DNA of 40,309 bases from Candidatus Scalinduaceae bacterium (GTDB lineage: Bacteria > Planctomycetota > Brocadiia > Brocadiales > Scalinduaceae). The stretch spans positions 1 to 40,309 of the forward strand of contig JBHICG010000027.1 in assembly GCA_046759445.1 (NCBI GenBank), given 5' to 3'. The position numbers were made by a program, and so were the translations under genes. This document shows positions 9,451-19,559 of this stretch, piece by piece. The number at the start of each line of letters is the position of its first letter. Within the stretch, counting starts at the first letter, position 1. Under the pieces are notes generated by a model. It worked only from the letters and a program-made list of their open reading frames with translations, was not told the origin of the DNA and did no database searches.

Positions 9451-11052
9451 CTATTTAAGCCCTTTGTTATAACTAGTCAGTTTTTCCTGGCTCTTATTTG
9501 AAACTATAGCGAGAGGTAGTTCTGTATCGTACTTTGGAGAAGCAGACAGGAATGGATGTTGCTTACTGTTTGTTTCGTTTTCAACTTGATACTTAACATA
9601 TTCAATCATCTCATGTAGAGAAACTATATTGTCCTTCTCAGTTCCATGGGTAAACCCGTCGGCCTCACCTTTCAGGGCCTTCAAAAGAGCCCATGTAAAA
9701 ACACCATGCCGGTCCCATTTTGTGCTCTCTAAAGACTGTTCGTAACCGTTAGAGCTGGAAAAAACGACTCGTCCCGGGCGAATATGAGCTAAACGGCGAA
9801 AGTATTTGTTATAAACATTTTCACTCGCTTCTATTTTCACACCTTTTGTACCATATTCTGGGGATACACCTGCGCTATGACATGCGTCAGCCAAAACAAT
9901 TACGCGCTGTGACATAATGGTCTTCCAGAGAACCTTTTCAATATCCCACATTGGGAAGGCACTACCTGAAAGATTGTCCGGTTCCACGTCATAAGGGATA
10001 AGATATAGATTATCTGGCCTGTCGGGATCAGGCGCACCATGACCAGAGAAATAAATGATTACAAGGTCATCGCTTTGTGCATCTTTTAAGAATGTAAAGA
10101 GTGCGTGTCTGATAGAAGAGTAAGTAGCTTCTGCGTTTGTCAGTAGTAAAACTCTATCTTTCTTGAATCCTCCACCTTCAGGTGACATTAGAAAGTTGCA
10201 AAATTCATTTGCATCTCTATCGGCAAATTGTAGATCCGGAAACATCGCACCTCCCCGAAAATATCTTGAAATACCTATGACTACAGCCCATTGATTCCTG
10301 GGTTTACCAGTTAGCAACTCATCGCTTTGGTTTTGAGCTTCACCAAGGTCCGGGCGTTCAAGAAAAGAGAAGTCCGACCTTTCCTCTAGGAACTTCGATT
10401 CAACATCATACAAAACTTCTTTAAAGAAATTGCGGCAACTCTTATTTAATTTTTCCTCAACTAAAGGTGGCAATATGGATGGGTTAATTGTAATTCCAAT
10501 TTTTTCACGTCTTTCAACTACTTCAGGCATTTGTAATGCAACTTTAAATTCTGCTACTTTACGACCATTTGGTGTTGAAAGCCTGAAGTCTGCATCAATC
10601 TCTGCCTTTACTTTCCAGTTGTCAAAAGTAACTGGGGCATATATCGCCTGAACTTGTGTTGAGCTAAAATTTGTGTCGGTACAAAACTTATGAAGCTTTC
10701 CTTCTAGAATAAGGTCTGCATTTTCTAGACCAGCTCTTGTAGCATCCAGTACTATATTTCTGGCTTGTAAGTATGAAGCAAGTGCATCAGGAAATGACTT
10801 TACTCCCATATCACGCCATCGTTTTCGCTCTTCGGTTGTTAGAAGTGTGTCGCTTCTATATTCTTCTGAAAACAATCCTTCAAAATCCTTTACCCCTAGC
10901 ACTATTTTTAACTTATTTTCTTCTTCTCTTGTTGGTTCTATCTTAAATGCCCTAATGTCCAAAGGTTCTCTTCTAGACATTGATGATGTACATCCTATGA
11001 TAAAAAGTAAGGTTCCAACTAACAATGTTAAAAAAATTTTACTGTTTTTCAT
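9451..11052 (-). CDS. Lipoprotein with C-terminal caspase-family (peptidase C14) domain
   Basis: Lipobox IIGC; WAVVIGISRY, LQFADRDA, YFSGHG, ADACHSAG, HGVFTWALLKALKG, QHP. Confidence 0.92.
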   Translation of the reverse strand: MKNSKIFLTLLVGTLLFIIGCTSSMSRREPLDIRAFKIEPTREEENKLKIVLGVKDFEGLFSEEYRSDTLLTTEERKRWRDMGVKSFPDALASYLQARNIVLDATRAGLENADLILEGKLHKFCTDTNFSSTQVQAIYAPVTFDNWKVKAEIDADFRLSTPNGRKVAEFKVALQMPEVVERREKIGITINPSILPPLVEEKLNKSCRNFFKEVLYDVESKFLEERSDFSFLERPDLGEAQNQSDELLTGKPRNQWAVVIGISRYFRGGAMFPDLQFADRDANEFCNFLMSPEGGGFKKDRVLLLTNAEATYSSIRHALFTFLKDAQSDDLVIIYFSGHGAPDPDRPDNLYLIPYDVEPDNLSGSAFPMWDIEKVLWKTIMSQRVIVLADACHSAGVSPEYGTKGVKIEASENVYNKYFRRLAHIRPGRVVFSSSNGYEQSLESTKWDRHGVFTWALLKALKGEADGFTHGTEKDNIVSLHEMIEYVKYQVENETNSKQHPFLSASPKYDTELPLAIVSNKSQEKLTSYNKGLK

Positions 11053-11276
11053 AAGATCACCCTCCGATTAAAAGATAAAAGTTTTGCATGAAATATGTAA
11101 CAGATTTCTTTCTTGATTAAACTTAAGGCAACCACAAGATAAGGAATACTTTTTTCTTATATCTCAGGAATTCTCTACACTATAGATTGAAAATCAATTT
11201 TAAAACAAATAACTTATCAATTGTCAATCGATTTTCATAAAAAACCTTGTCTTTCTATCCTAATACAACAAAAGGT

Positions 11277-13133
11277 TTATTTCCTTGTCTCAAATGGCCA
11301 ACTGCTTACTGCATAGACAAACTGCGAACCTGATTCATAATAATCAACCTCTTTGTATTCCATTTCGTTTTCTGTTTTTGGAACTATACCTATCCCCCTC
11401 GTCATGATTTCATGCAACCCTCTCATCTCAACCGGTGAGACTGCTCTAAAGACGGAATCATCTCCACTCCTTATCATATCTGCTGATGCTACTAAGAAAG
11501 AAGTATCTTTTGAGAGTACCCTCCTTATCTGTTCAATTGATAACGGTACTGAGGTAGCGATGACCTTTATGTATTCCTTTCCAGGCGGTTCTACTATGGA
11601 CAACTTAAAATCATCATTTGTTGATGGGATGGAATATCTGACGTTTGCTCTTATAAAATTATTTCGATTATATCTATTAGGAAATAGTTCCCAAATCTCT
11701 CCATTGCTACGCACATTTAATAATGTAACATAACAATCCCTGTCAGATGTTAGATAAATGGTAGTTGGCTCACCAATTCTATACACCTTACTGTTCGTCC
11801 AGACATTAATATTAAAATCGGTATTTTTGTCCGTATCATCGACGTTCCAGCCCAACATCTTAACGTTTTCAGAGACAATGATTCTGCCTGTCTCTACATG
11901 GATCATTCTTGCATTAATCTTAAATGTATTTTCTATGTATCCAACCCAGCCTACAACAACGCTCTCTGTATTAACCATTTTTCCTAATTCTTTTCTTGTC
12001 CTCTCATCAATAGCGCCTGTTCCACCCATTTCTATCTCTTTTAATATATCTGGTATTGAGTTGCGTTCATAAACTTTCAATCTTTGCAAGTTAACAAGCT
12101 CACTTATGAGTTCTGTTGCAACTGCCTTTCCCTGTGTGTTTTCTTCTCCTCTTAGATCAGAAAACGGAACTACAGAGACAGTCTTTTCTTTTAAAGAATA
12201 ACTGCAGGATGTCATCGCCCAGGCAATTAAGCTTATTGAATATTTGGAATATCTTTCTATAATCTTGTTAGCTATCTCTGGTGATGGGTTCAGGCTGTAT
12301 GCCTCTTCGAGCCTTTCAAGGCATTTCTGGAATTCGTGTCTATCTGCTAGCTCAACGGCTTCTTCAATAAGTTTGTCAATTAACCCATTCCTGAGCTCAC
12401 GTATACGATTTACTGATTTTTCCCTTAGAACTTTAGCATCAGGATGCATATCGAGAAAAACTTTATATGCCCTTAATGCCTCAGCCTTGTCACCACATTC
12501 ATCATAAGCCAGCGAAAGGTAGTATTGCGCCTTCTCGTTTTTTGGGTCTTTGATCGTAAGGGTATAAAAGTAGTCGATAGCTTCCTTACATTTTCCACTC
12601 ACTAGCAATATATGTCCTTTGTCAATCTCTGGTTTAATTCCGAGAATGTTATTCTTAATCCTTTTATATTCATCTTTCGGATAGCGGACGAGCACATAAA
12701 CATTGTACCTAATGGCTTTTTCTACGAGTAGGTCTTCACTATATGCTGCTACCTCTTTAACCCCTCGTGCAATTTCGGAGGAGAGAATCCTAACCCTATC
12801 TCTTATATAACTGCCTGCATCGCTGATTTCTGTGTCATGTGCAATGCCTCTTTCATACCTTTGTTTATCATAGTCCACCGTAACCTTTGACTGGATCATT
12901 CGGGAGATCTTGCTAACGGCGTTTTGAAAGGCATCATCCCACCCTGATTCATAGGTTAGGGCATGGGTCTTTCGACCGACAAAATAATGATACTTTTCAT
13001 CCTCATCGGGAACTTTGTTTACCCATTCTGGACGAGGCACTCTGGGGGGCCTATCAACATATTTTTCAGTAACACATCCAGCAAGTAAATATACTGCGAC
13101 AAAGGATATTATTAAAAAAGATAATTTTCTCAT
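11277..13133 (-). CDS. Multidomain lipoprotein: LPP20-like, TPR, CsgG/FlgO-like and DUF4384-like domains
   Basis: Lipobox LAGC; PEWV...YFVG (LPP20-like); TPR (AQYYLSLAYDECG); KVYERNSIPDILKEIEM...KINARMIHVETGRII (CsgG-like); YRIGE...DCYVTLLN...LFPN...PPGKEYIKVIAT (DUF4384-like). Confidence 0.8.
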   Translation of the reverse strand: MRKLSFLIISFVAVYLLAGCVTEKYVDRPPRVPRPEWVNKVPDEDEKYHYFVGRKTHALTYESGWDDAFQNAVSKISRMIQSKVTVDYDKQRYERGIAHDTEISDAGSYIRDRVRILSSEIARGVKEVAAYSEDLLVEKAIRYNVYVLVRYPKDEYKRIKNNILGIKPEIDKGHILLVSGKCKEAIDYFYTLTIKDPKNEKAQYYLSLAYDECGDKAEALRAYKVFLDMHPDAKVLREKSVNRIRELRNGLIDKLIEEAVELADRHEFQKCLERLEEAYSLNPSPEIANKIIERYSKYSISLIAWAMTSCSYSLKEKTVSVVPFSDLRGEENTQGKAVATELISELVNLQRLKVYERNSIPDILKEIEMGGTGAIDERTRKELGKMVNTESVVVGWVGYIENTFKINARMIHVETGRIIVSENVKMLGWNVDDTDKNTDFNINVWTNSKVYRIGEPTTIYLTSDRDCYVTLLNVRSNGEIWELFPNRYNRNNFIRANVRYSIPSTNDDFKLSIVEPPGKEYIKVIATSVPLSIEQIRRVLSKDTSFLVASADMIRSGDDSVFRAVSPVEMRGLHEIMTRGIGIVPKTENEMEYKEVDYYESGSQFVYAVSSWPFETRK

Positions 13134-13313
13134 GGATATTTTTCCTTAAATATTTCTTGTAATCTAATTAATTTGTTTTAGTTAAAAAATTGGTTTAGAA
13201 TCTATGGTCTAATCTTTCCAGTAAAAAACAGTTTGGAAATGGTTATTAAGATTCTTGATTATATTAAAAAAATGCCTATGGTCTCTATGACATGTGACAA
13301 GCTGTTTAGTTTA

Positions 13314-14501
13314 TTACCATTTCCACCAACTTTTTTTAATTAATTCTATTTTATTCATGTTAAATCTTATTATTTCCAGATTAAGACCCTCAATCCTTGT
13401 TGCTAAATCTTCTGCGCTGCCAGTGGTTTTTACATCATAGATGGCAGGCTTGTCCTTCTCCCATCCTCTCGGGAATACATTGGTAACGTTTCTCAAGTTC
13501 CTTAATTTACCCGCAAGCTTTGCAAAATCAGAAGAGCTTAGATTATTTACCACAACCTGTATGGTCTTTGCCTGTGATGATCCAATATGTAAGGGGATGT
13601 TCCAAATAAGGTTATTTGCCAGGTCTTGTCCGCATTGTTTGATTGCCTTCGTTCCGGCGTCCCAGTATGTCAAACCTGTACCAGCTTGCTGTGGACTTTT
13701 CACGTCTAGTATTTGACCGGTCTCTGCAATTATTGCCTTGATAGAACTGTATGCCTTGGTTGATACCCAATTTGTCCCTCTGAAATATTCATTCTTCGGC
13801 AGTTTTTCTGTATAAACCTTGCCAACTATTACCACATCAGCCTGCATGCGCAAGGCAAGCTCTCTGGCCTCAACATTGTTGCCCCCTTTAGCTTTCCTGG
13901 CTTGTTCGGTGTTTTCAATTAACTTCTTTTGTTCGGGGTCAATACTATGATAGCCATATCCTGTCATGGATTCTGTCAACTCGGCTTCCAGTACTGAATA
14001 CGGTGGTTTTTCCCCAATGTTGGTTTCACCAACTAAGACCATAAACCTGGGATTACCCATGAGATCTATTATGATCTTCAGGGCTTCTGTATCGTCTTTC
14101 TTGATAAATCCTTTCACTACTTCTGCTGTTATGGTAACAAAATAGAGATTATCGTCCCTCACCCCCTCATCCGTGATGTCCCATTTCCTTACGTAGCCAG
14201 ATGATCTTGCCTGTACAATGTCCTTTAATACTATGAGCATCTCCATTTTAGTTTCCGCTTCTATTTCAACACCTGTACCCTTTTCAATTGCCCTGCGGTA
14301 TGCGTCTCTGATCGCCTCATCTCTTGCCCTTGCCCTGTCATTTCCAATGATAGCGCCAACCCCATCTACGATTACTTTCTTTGTTTCACTGGCCTGAACA
14401 TCAGGTAGGAAGCAAAGCGATATGAGAAATACAAAACATAGCAGGTAAAGAGACCCGTAAAAATAAACATATTTGAGAAATAACTTTTTTGAATTTTTCA
14501 T
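13314..14501 (-). CDS. Exported FlgT-N-terminal-like domain protein
   Basis: Signal peptide (VQA); VDGVGAI...ARDEAIRDAYRRAIEKGTGVEIEAET is typical of FlgT_N; a CsgG-like middle domain follows (ADVVIVG, AETGQIL). Confidence 0.7.
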   Translation of the reverse strand: MKNSKKLFLKYVYFYGSLYLLCFVFLISLCFLPDVQASETKKVIVDGVGAIIGNDRARARDEAIRDAYRRAIEKGTGVEIEAETKMEMLIVLKDIVQARSSGYVRKWDITDEGVRDDNLYFVTITAEVVKGFIKKDDTEALKIIIDLMGNPRFMVLVGETNIGEKPPYSVLEAELTESMTGYGYHSIDPEQKKLIENTEQARKAKGGNNVEARELALRMQADVVIVGKVYTEKLPKNEYFRGTNWVSTKAYSSIKAIIAETGQILDVKSPQQAGTGLTYWDAGTKAIKQCGQDLANNLIWNIPLHIGSSQAKTIQVVVNNLSSSDFAKLAGKLRNLRNVTNVFPRGWEKDKPAIYDVKTTGSAEDLATRIEGLNLEIIRFNMNKIELIKKSWWKW

Positions 14502-14638
14502 TTTATTTATATTCCAAAATCAAAAAGCCCTAAAATGTAAATGTCGTTGGAAGTTTCATAAGCTTATTTAAACCACTTTCTGTATCTCCCAAAGGATGTA
14601 AAAAATCACAAAATATAAAAATGTAAAAATCCAGAAGC

Positions 14639-15850
14639 TTACGGTGTCATGGCGAGGCGGAAACCCAGGCCATAATACCTGACATCCGGGGAGAAGCCTT
14701 TTCGATACGACACTCGCATATACTTTGGGATATAGTACCAGGTGCCTCCTCGAAAAACCCGGAGAGAACCGCTCGAAGGTCCTCTTGGGTTGTGTCTGGG
14801 ACTGTTCTTGTAGTAATCCTCATCATACCAGTCCTGTACCCACTCCCATACATTGCCAGTCATGTCATAAAGACCAAGTTCATTTGGTTTCCTAGTTTTT
14901 ACAGGATGGGTTTTGTCCTTGGAATTACGCTCATACCATGCATATTTCTCGAGTTCTCTTTTATCATTCGTTCCTGCCCATTTTATCTTTTTCCCTCCTT
15001 CCCTTGCCGCATACTCCCACTCAGCTTCTGTGGGAAGACGATAATTGAGGCCGGTTTTCTGATTTAGTTTCCTGATAAACTCCTGCACATCATTCCAGCT
15101 TACTTGCTCCACGGGGCAATCAACACAACCATTGAAAAAAGACGGGTTGTTCCCCATAATCTCAACCCATTGTCCCTGGGTTACCTCTGACACACCAATA
15201 TAAAAATCGTCCACACATACTTCATGTACGGGGTTTTCCCTCATGTCACCATCTCCAAATATATCTCCCATATCAAAGCACCCACCTTTTATGAAGATCA
15301 TATCTTCAAAACTTTGAACTTTTGACTTCAGTCTCGGTGTCGCAACTATTTTATCTTTTTCATCTAAGTATCCCAAAAACTTATATGTAATTTTCTCAAT
15401 TGATTTATCCAGTTCCTTAAGCGGACAATCACAACTTTCTTTTTCCATTATCTCATTTTGTCCACTATCATTAATCAATCGTATTGAAATAAAATACTTT
15501 CCACCAACTGATCCTATACTACCTGCAATTATCTTATTCACTGCTAGTTTTTCCACATTCTCTAGCAAACATATATTGTCTTCACACCCTATTGCCGTTT
15601 CAAACTCTTTCTCAGTGAGTATGGCCTTCATATCATCTCTATTAAGGATAATAAATTTTCCCGACTTATGTATTTCTACTGATAAGATATCTGTTAGAAT
15701 GTGTGCTTCGTCCTGTGAAATCCCACTTCTGGCTTTGAGGGGAATTATTAAAATGCGTGTTTTTTCCTGGTTCTCTTCGGCTGCCAGATTGATTGAGGGT
15801 ATAACAATTACAAAAGGTAAGATTAAAATCAATAGTAAAGACTTTCTCAT
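14639..15850 (-). CDS. Exported CsgG/TolB-N-like plus FGE-sulfatase (SUMF1/C-type lectin fold) protein
   Basis: Signal peptide; GGCFDMG, EVTQGQW, PVEQVSW, YRLPTEAEWEYAAR, PNELGLYDMTGNVWEW, RGG.W, LGFRLA. Confidence 0.92.
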   Translation of the reverse strand: MRKSLLLILILPFVIVIPSINLAAEENQEKTRILIIPLKARSGISQDEAHILTDILSVEIHKSGKFIILNRDDMKAILTEKEFETAIGCEDNICLLENVEKLAVNKIIAGSIGSVGGKYFISIRLINDSGQNEIMEKESCDCPLKELDKSIEKITYKFLGYLDEKDKIVATPRLKSKVQSFEDMIFIKGGCFDMGDIFGDGDMRENPVHEVCVDDFYIGVSEVTQGQWVEIMGNNPSFFNGCVDCPVEQVSWNDVQEFIRKLNQKTGLNYRLPTEAEWEYAAREGGKKIKWAGTNDKRELEKYAWYERNSKDKTHPVKTRKPNELGLYDMTGNVWEWVQDWYDEDYYKNSPRHNPRGPSSGSLRVFRGGTWYYIPKYMRVSYRKGFSPDVRYYGLGFRLAMTP

Positions 15851-16136
15851 TTTTTTTGGCTTTCTTTTTAAAAAATTTCTCAGATAAAATATTGACTCTT
15901 ATATAGTTTTTCTATAATGGCATCTGTTTCCATCTCAATTCTCCCAGTCAGTGATAAAGTATATTTGGCATAGCGATAACTTTTGTCCTGATCCCTGTTT
16001 GTACTATTACCCTAAAAGTCTCTTGATCATTCTTATTATCCCCTTCAGATTCGTCCTTAAGTTTTACTTTCAATTTTTAAGTCTTCTTGTTACGGGAGTA
16101 GTCCTTATGGACACACTGCACCTCTTTCTATTTATC

Positions 16137-19100
16137 TCAATCAACTTCTTTGGTGAATTTATCCAGCATAGTAGATATACGTTTTATAAGATTATTAATC
16201 TCCTGTACCAGCTCTTTATTATTATTTTTACTGACTTCATCAGGAAAATTCTGTGTCATAGAGATACTGACATTTGAAATATCATTTTTCTTTTCCAACT
16301 GGCCTTTCATATCGGCTACGCCTATGTTGGTCGCAGAAACATCTTCTTTCGTATACACATATTTCTCGCCTAAACTATCCTCCCATTCGCCAACCAGTAT
16401 AAATGGCGCCCAGAAGTATGGATGAGAGGCATCCAATACAATCTCTTTCGGCGTCTTCATTGTTTTTCCCAAATATTCACTATTGCTAAAATTCCTATCT
16501 TTGCCTAAACTATATTGTCTTTTCCTTATATCCATCCTGGCCAACTTGACTGCCTTTGCCTTATCTTTACCTTCCTCTAAATATTTATATACTGACGTCA
16601 TAAAATCTGTAGTTGATTTACTCATCACACTCCAGAGACTTACCAATACCGAAGGACTTCCCGCATACATAAACGCACGCGTTAATCCTACTACGCCTTC
16701 TCCCCTTATCTCCTCCCCCAGCCCTGTCTTACAGGCAGACAACGTTACCATATCTGCAGATAGCTCAAGTCCCATAATCTCGCTCATGGTCAGGTAGCCA
16801 TCCTCATCTTTGTTATGCACCAGATTCATGACCAGTGCAGGTTCTAAAATATACGGTATCTCATTTCCCAATATCCCGTGTGTGGCAAAATGGACGTATC
16901 TGTATCCTGAAAGGCTCGTATCCTTTACCTCAGCTTCGCTGGCGCCTATATCTAACTTGATATGGGAAGGATCATTAACCTTAAGAGTTTGTCCTATTTG
17001 AATCACTTCATCCCTCGTCTCCTTCAAACGTTGGAATGTATATCCCTTCTCATTCACAGCAATACCTCTTATCCTTGAAGATAATTTATCCTTATTTAAG
17101 TAGGCAAGTCTGATATCTTTCGATTTGCCTTCTAAGAAATTTACATAACGGTTATCTTCTTTATCGAATACAGGGTCACCCAGGGCAAATAGTGGATTTA
17201 ACCATTTTCTTTTATTTTTACCTAGCGTTCTATTAATTCCCATGACTGTGGCTGATTGATAATAACTTGTTGACCATTTATCACCAAAGTACTCAATGCC
17301 TTTGTAGCCTAGGATTGTGGGTTCTGAACCAGAATCCTTACCTTCTACCTGCAAACCTCTCAAATCCCCCTTTGTTAAAGGGGGGGTAGGGGTGATTTGA
17401 TTATTTTTCATGTTACTTGTATTGACGACCAGGGCCTCAAAGGGGAGCAGGTTTAGTATACCATCTGGTATAATGATAAGATGTGAATCTTTGGATAAAT
17501 CCTTTACGCCTTCTGCCAGAAGCAGGTCATATAACTCCTTTGCCTTCATGGGATCAAACTCATTCATGTAACTAATATCCTCAAAGGGGCGTCTGAATGC
17601 CTTTACCTTTTTACTTAAATCTTCTCTTGATATAGGAATCTCAATGAGCTTTATTAAATCGTTTTTTCTCTGCGTCCTCTGCGGTGAAGCATTACTTAAT
17701 TTACCCTCAGCCACCACAAACAAATATGTCGCCTTTTCTGTTATGCTATACTCTAGCAAAATTTCACCAGAGGTTAGTGGTATATCCTGCAATTTCAAGG
17801 GTTGAGGATATTTCAGGGCTGCATACTGTGGATAATCCCTTCTCAGATCAAGGACAAACTGTTCAAGTTCTGCCTCTAAGGTCTTCACCATCTCCTTCTT
17901 ATTTTTAAAAAGGTCCTTATCCTTTTTAAAAGCATCCTCCAGTTGCTCGTTAAGTTTGGCAATCCGATTGGTTAGCAATTGTTCTTTTTTATAAATATCT
18001 CTGGGTAACCCATAAGCGTTTTTAGTTCCCATTCTCTTTGACAGTATCTCAATTAGAGAACGGGATCTGGTTTTCTCTGAAAAGTAGAAAGAAACATCTG
18101 CATAATTATTCCCGTAACTCTTTAGATCTGCATTGTCTAATCTTACTCCTTTTAAGTGCAACTTTGCCAGTACTGAGCATAAGCGCTGATACGGTTCCAA
18201 TCTTGTCGACAAAAACCCTATTTTGTGATCTTCCTTGCTTAGGCCTAACCGCATCTTTTCAGCAGCATTAACTGCCTTGAGGTAAGAAACGATTGCATCT
18301 CGTAATCTACCTAGCCCTTCCTGAGCCTCTCCAAAATCCATATATAACGCGAAAAATTCGCTTGGGTTTAGAATCTCTGCCTCTTCAATATACTGCTCTT
18401 TTTCTTTTAAAAATAATTCATAACGAATTACAGCACTCTCAAAATCTCCCAATTTGGTATAGCAGACAGCTACACCGAAAAAATCGCCAGTCTTTTCAAA
18501 AAACTCAAGGCTCTTTTTATAATCTCCTAAAAGCATATATAATTCGTATAAGGCTGCAATAGCCGGAGAAGAAATTACCTCAATTTGTTTATTTTCAATG
18601 TTCTCATAAATATCATGTGCTTGTTTTAGATACTCAAAAGCCTTTGCTTGGTCACCAAAGTATTTACAATAAATTCTACCGATATTTATCAATTCATACA
18701 TTGCACCATAATTGTTACCGACGAGTCTGAAGGTTTCTAGCGCCTGCTCATAATTCTCAAATGATTTCGAATAGTTGCCTAATCTCTCGTAGATATAACC
18801 GATACAATGTATGGCACTTCCCACACCTTCCATATCATCAATTAATCTGAAAGTTTTCAAAGTTTGTTTAAAATACTCAAGAGCCTTGGGATAGTCGCCA
18901 AATTGCTCATAGACAACCCCTAAACTGCGCAAATGATCTGCTATACCATTCTTATCCCCTATGTTTCTATGAATTTCCAGAGCCTGTTTATGGTACTCAA
19001 GCGCCTTCGGATAATCTAACAGTGTACTGTATGCAGCACCGATACTGCCAAGTAAATATCCTTCTTGTTTCTTATCCCCAATAGCCCTTTCACATTCTAA

Positions 19101-19379
19101 TGCCTTTTCATAGAACTCAATTGCCGTTGAAGGAAAACCTAAAGCATCGTAAGCCATACCAAGGCTACCGTTTGACATGCCTATCAATTTTTGATGATTG
19201 ATTCTTTTGGAGATTATAAGAGTCTGTTTCCATTTTCTTGCTGCTTCGATGAAATCGTTTTTTTTATAAAGAGCCATACCTTCTTTAAACAAATCAATGG
19301 CTCTTTGTTTGTCATCTGCGTGTAATATGTTTGTGGTAAATAAGACAAGTATAATGGTTATGGCAAGTGTGAATTTCAT
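16137..19379 (-). CDS. Exported TPR-CHAT domain protease
   Basis: Signal peptide (LHA), tandem TPRs, SEKTRSRSL, IIPDGILNLLPFEAL, catalytic VHFATHG and VTLSACKTG, GLTRAFMYAG, VSLWSV, HPYFWAPFILVG. Confidence 0.95.
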   Translation of the reverse strand: MKFTLAITIILVLFTTNILHADDKQRAIDLFKEGMALYKKNDFIEAARKWKQTLIISKRINHQKLIGMSNGSLGMAYDALGFPSTAIEFYEKALECERAIGDKKQEGYLLGSIGAAYSTLLDYPKALEYHKQALEIHRNIGDKNGIADHLRSLGVVYEQFGDYPKALEYFKQTLKTFRLIDDMEGVGSAIHCIGYIYERLGNYSKSFENYEQALETFRLVGNNYGAMYELINIGRIYCKYFGDQAKAFEYLKQAHDIYENIENKQIEVISSPAIAALYELYMLLGDYKKSLEFFEKTGDFFGVAVCYTKLGDFESAVIRYELFLKEKEQYIEEAEILNPSEFFALYMDFGEAQEGLGRLRDAIVSYLKAVNAAEKMRLGLSKEDHKIGFLSTRLEPYQRLCSVLAKLHLKGVRLDNADLKSYGNNYADVSFYFSEKTRSRSLIEILSKRMGTKNAYGLPRDIYKKEQLLTNRIAKLNEQLEDAFKKDKDLFKNKKEMVKTLEAELEQFVLDLRRDYPQYAALKYPQPLKLQDIPLTSGEILLEYSITEKATYLFVVAEGKLSNASPQRTQRKNDLIKLIEIPISREDLSKKVKAFRRPFEDISYMNEFDPMKAKELYDLLLAEGVKDLSKDSHLIIIPDGILNLLPFEALVVNTSNMKNNQITPTPPLTKGDLRGLQVEGKDSGSEPTILGYKGIEYFGDKWSTSYYQSATVMGINRTLGKNKRKWLNPLFALGDPVFDKEDNRYVNFLEGKSKDIRLAYLNKDKLSSRIRGIAVNEKGYTFQRLKETRDEVIQIGQTLKVNDPSHIKLDIGASEAEVKDTSLSGYRYVHFATHGILGNEIPYILEPALVMNLVHNKDEDGYLTMSEIMGLELSADMVTLSACKTGLGEEIRGEGVVGLTRAFMYAGSPSVLVSLWSVMSKSTTDFMTSVYKYLEEGKDKAKAVKLARMDIRKRQYSLGKDRNFSNSEYLGKTMKTPKEIVLDASHPYFWAPFILVGEWEDSLGEKYVYTKEDVSATNIGVADMKGQLEKKNDISNVSISMTQNFPDEVSKNNNKELVQEINNLIKRISTMLDKFTKEVD
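17354..17397. repeat. Short palindromic REP-like element inside the CHAT ORF
   Basis: CCCCCTTT-GTT-AAAGGGGG hairpin, similar in layout to the intergenic element at 21372-21414. Confidence 0.6.
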
Positions 19380-19559
19380 TGTTCTCTAAATGTTTTGGTT
19401 CTTATAGTTTATCTTGTCTACAATAGATTAATATGAAGATTTATTGTAATTACCAATAGTATTTTTTAAATAAGTTACAGGAATCCTTTAATTTATTGTT
19501 TCCTGCAGAGATCTGGGAAAACCTCGTATTTAGGCGGTATTAAAATTATGATAAATCAG

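Noticed and set aside
13314..14501. Flagellar gene cluster (FlgT-like and MotA-like genes)
   Set aside because: No core flagellar genes are present, and the motor pair is ExbB/ExbD type rather than MotA/MotB.
14639..15850. Complete DGR cassette
   Set aside because: No reverse transcriptase, Avd or template repeat was found in the window.
16137..19379. TPR-CHAT as a CRISPR type III-E Craspase component
   Set aside because: It has a signal peptide, and no cas genes or CRISPR array are in the window.
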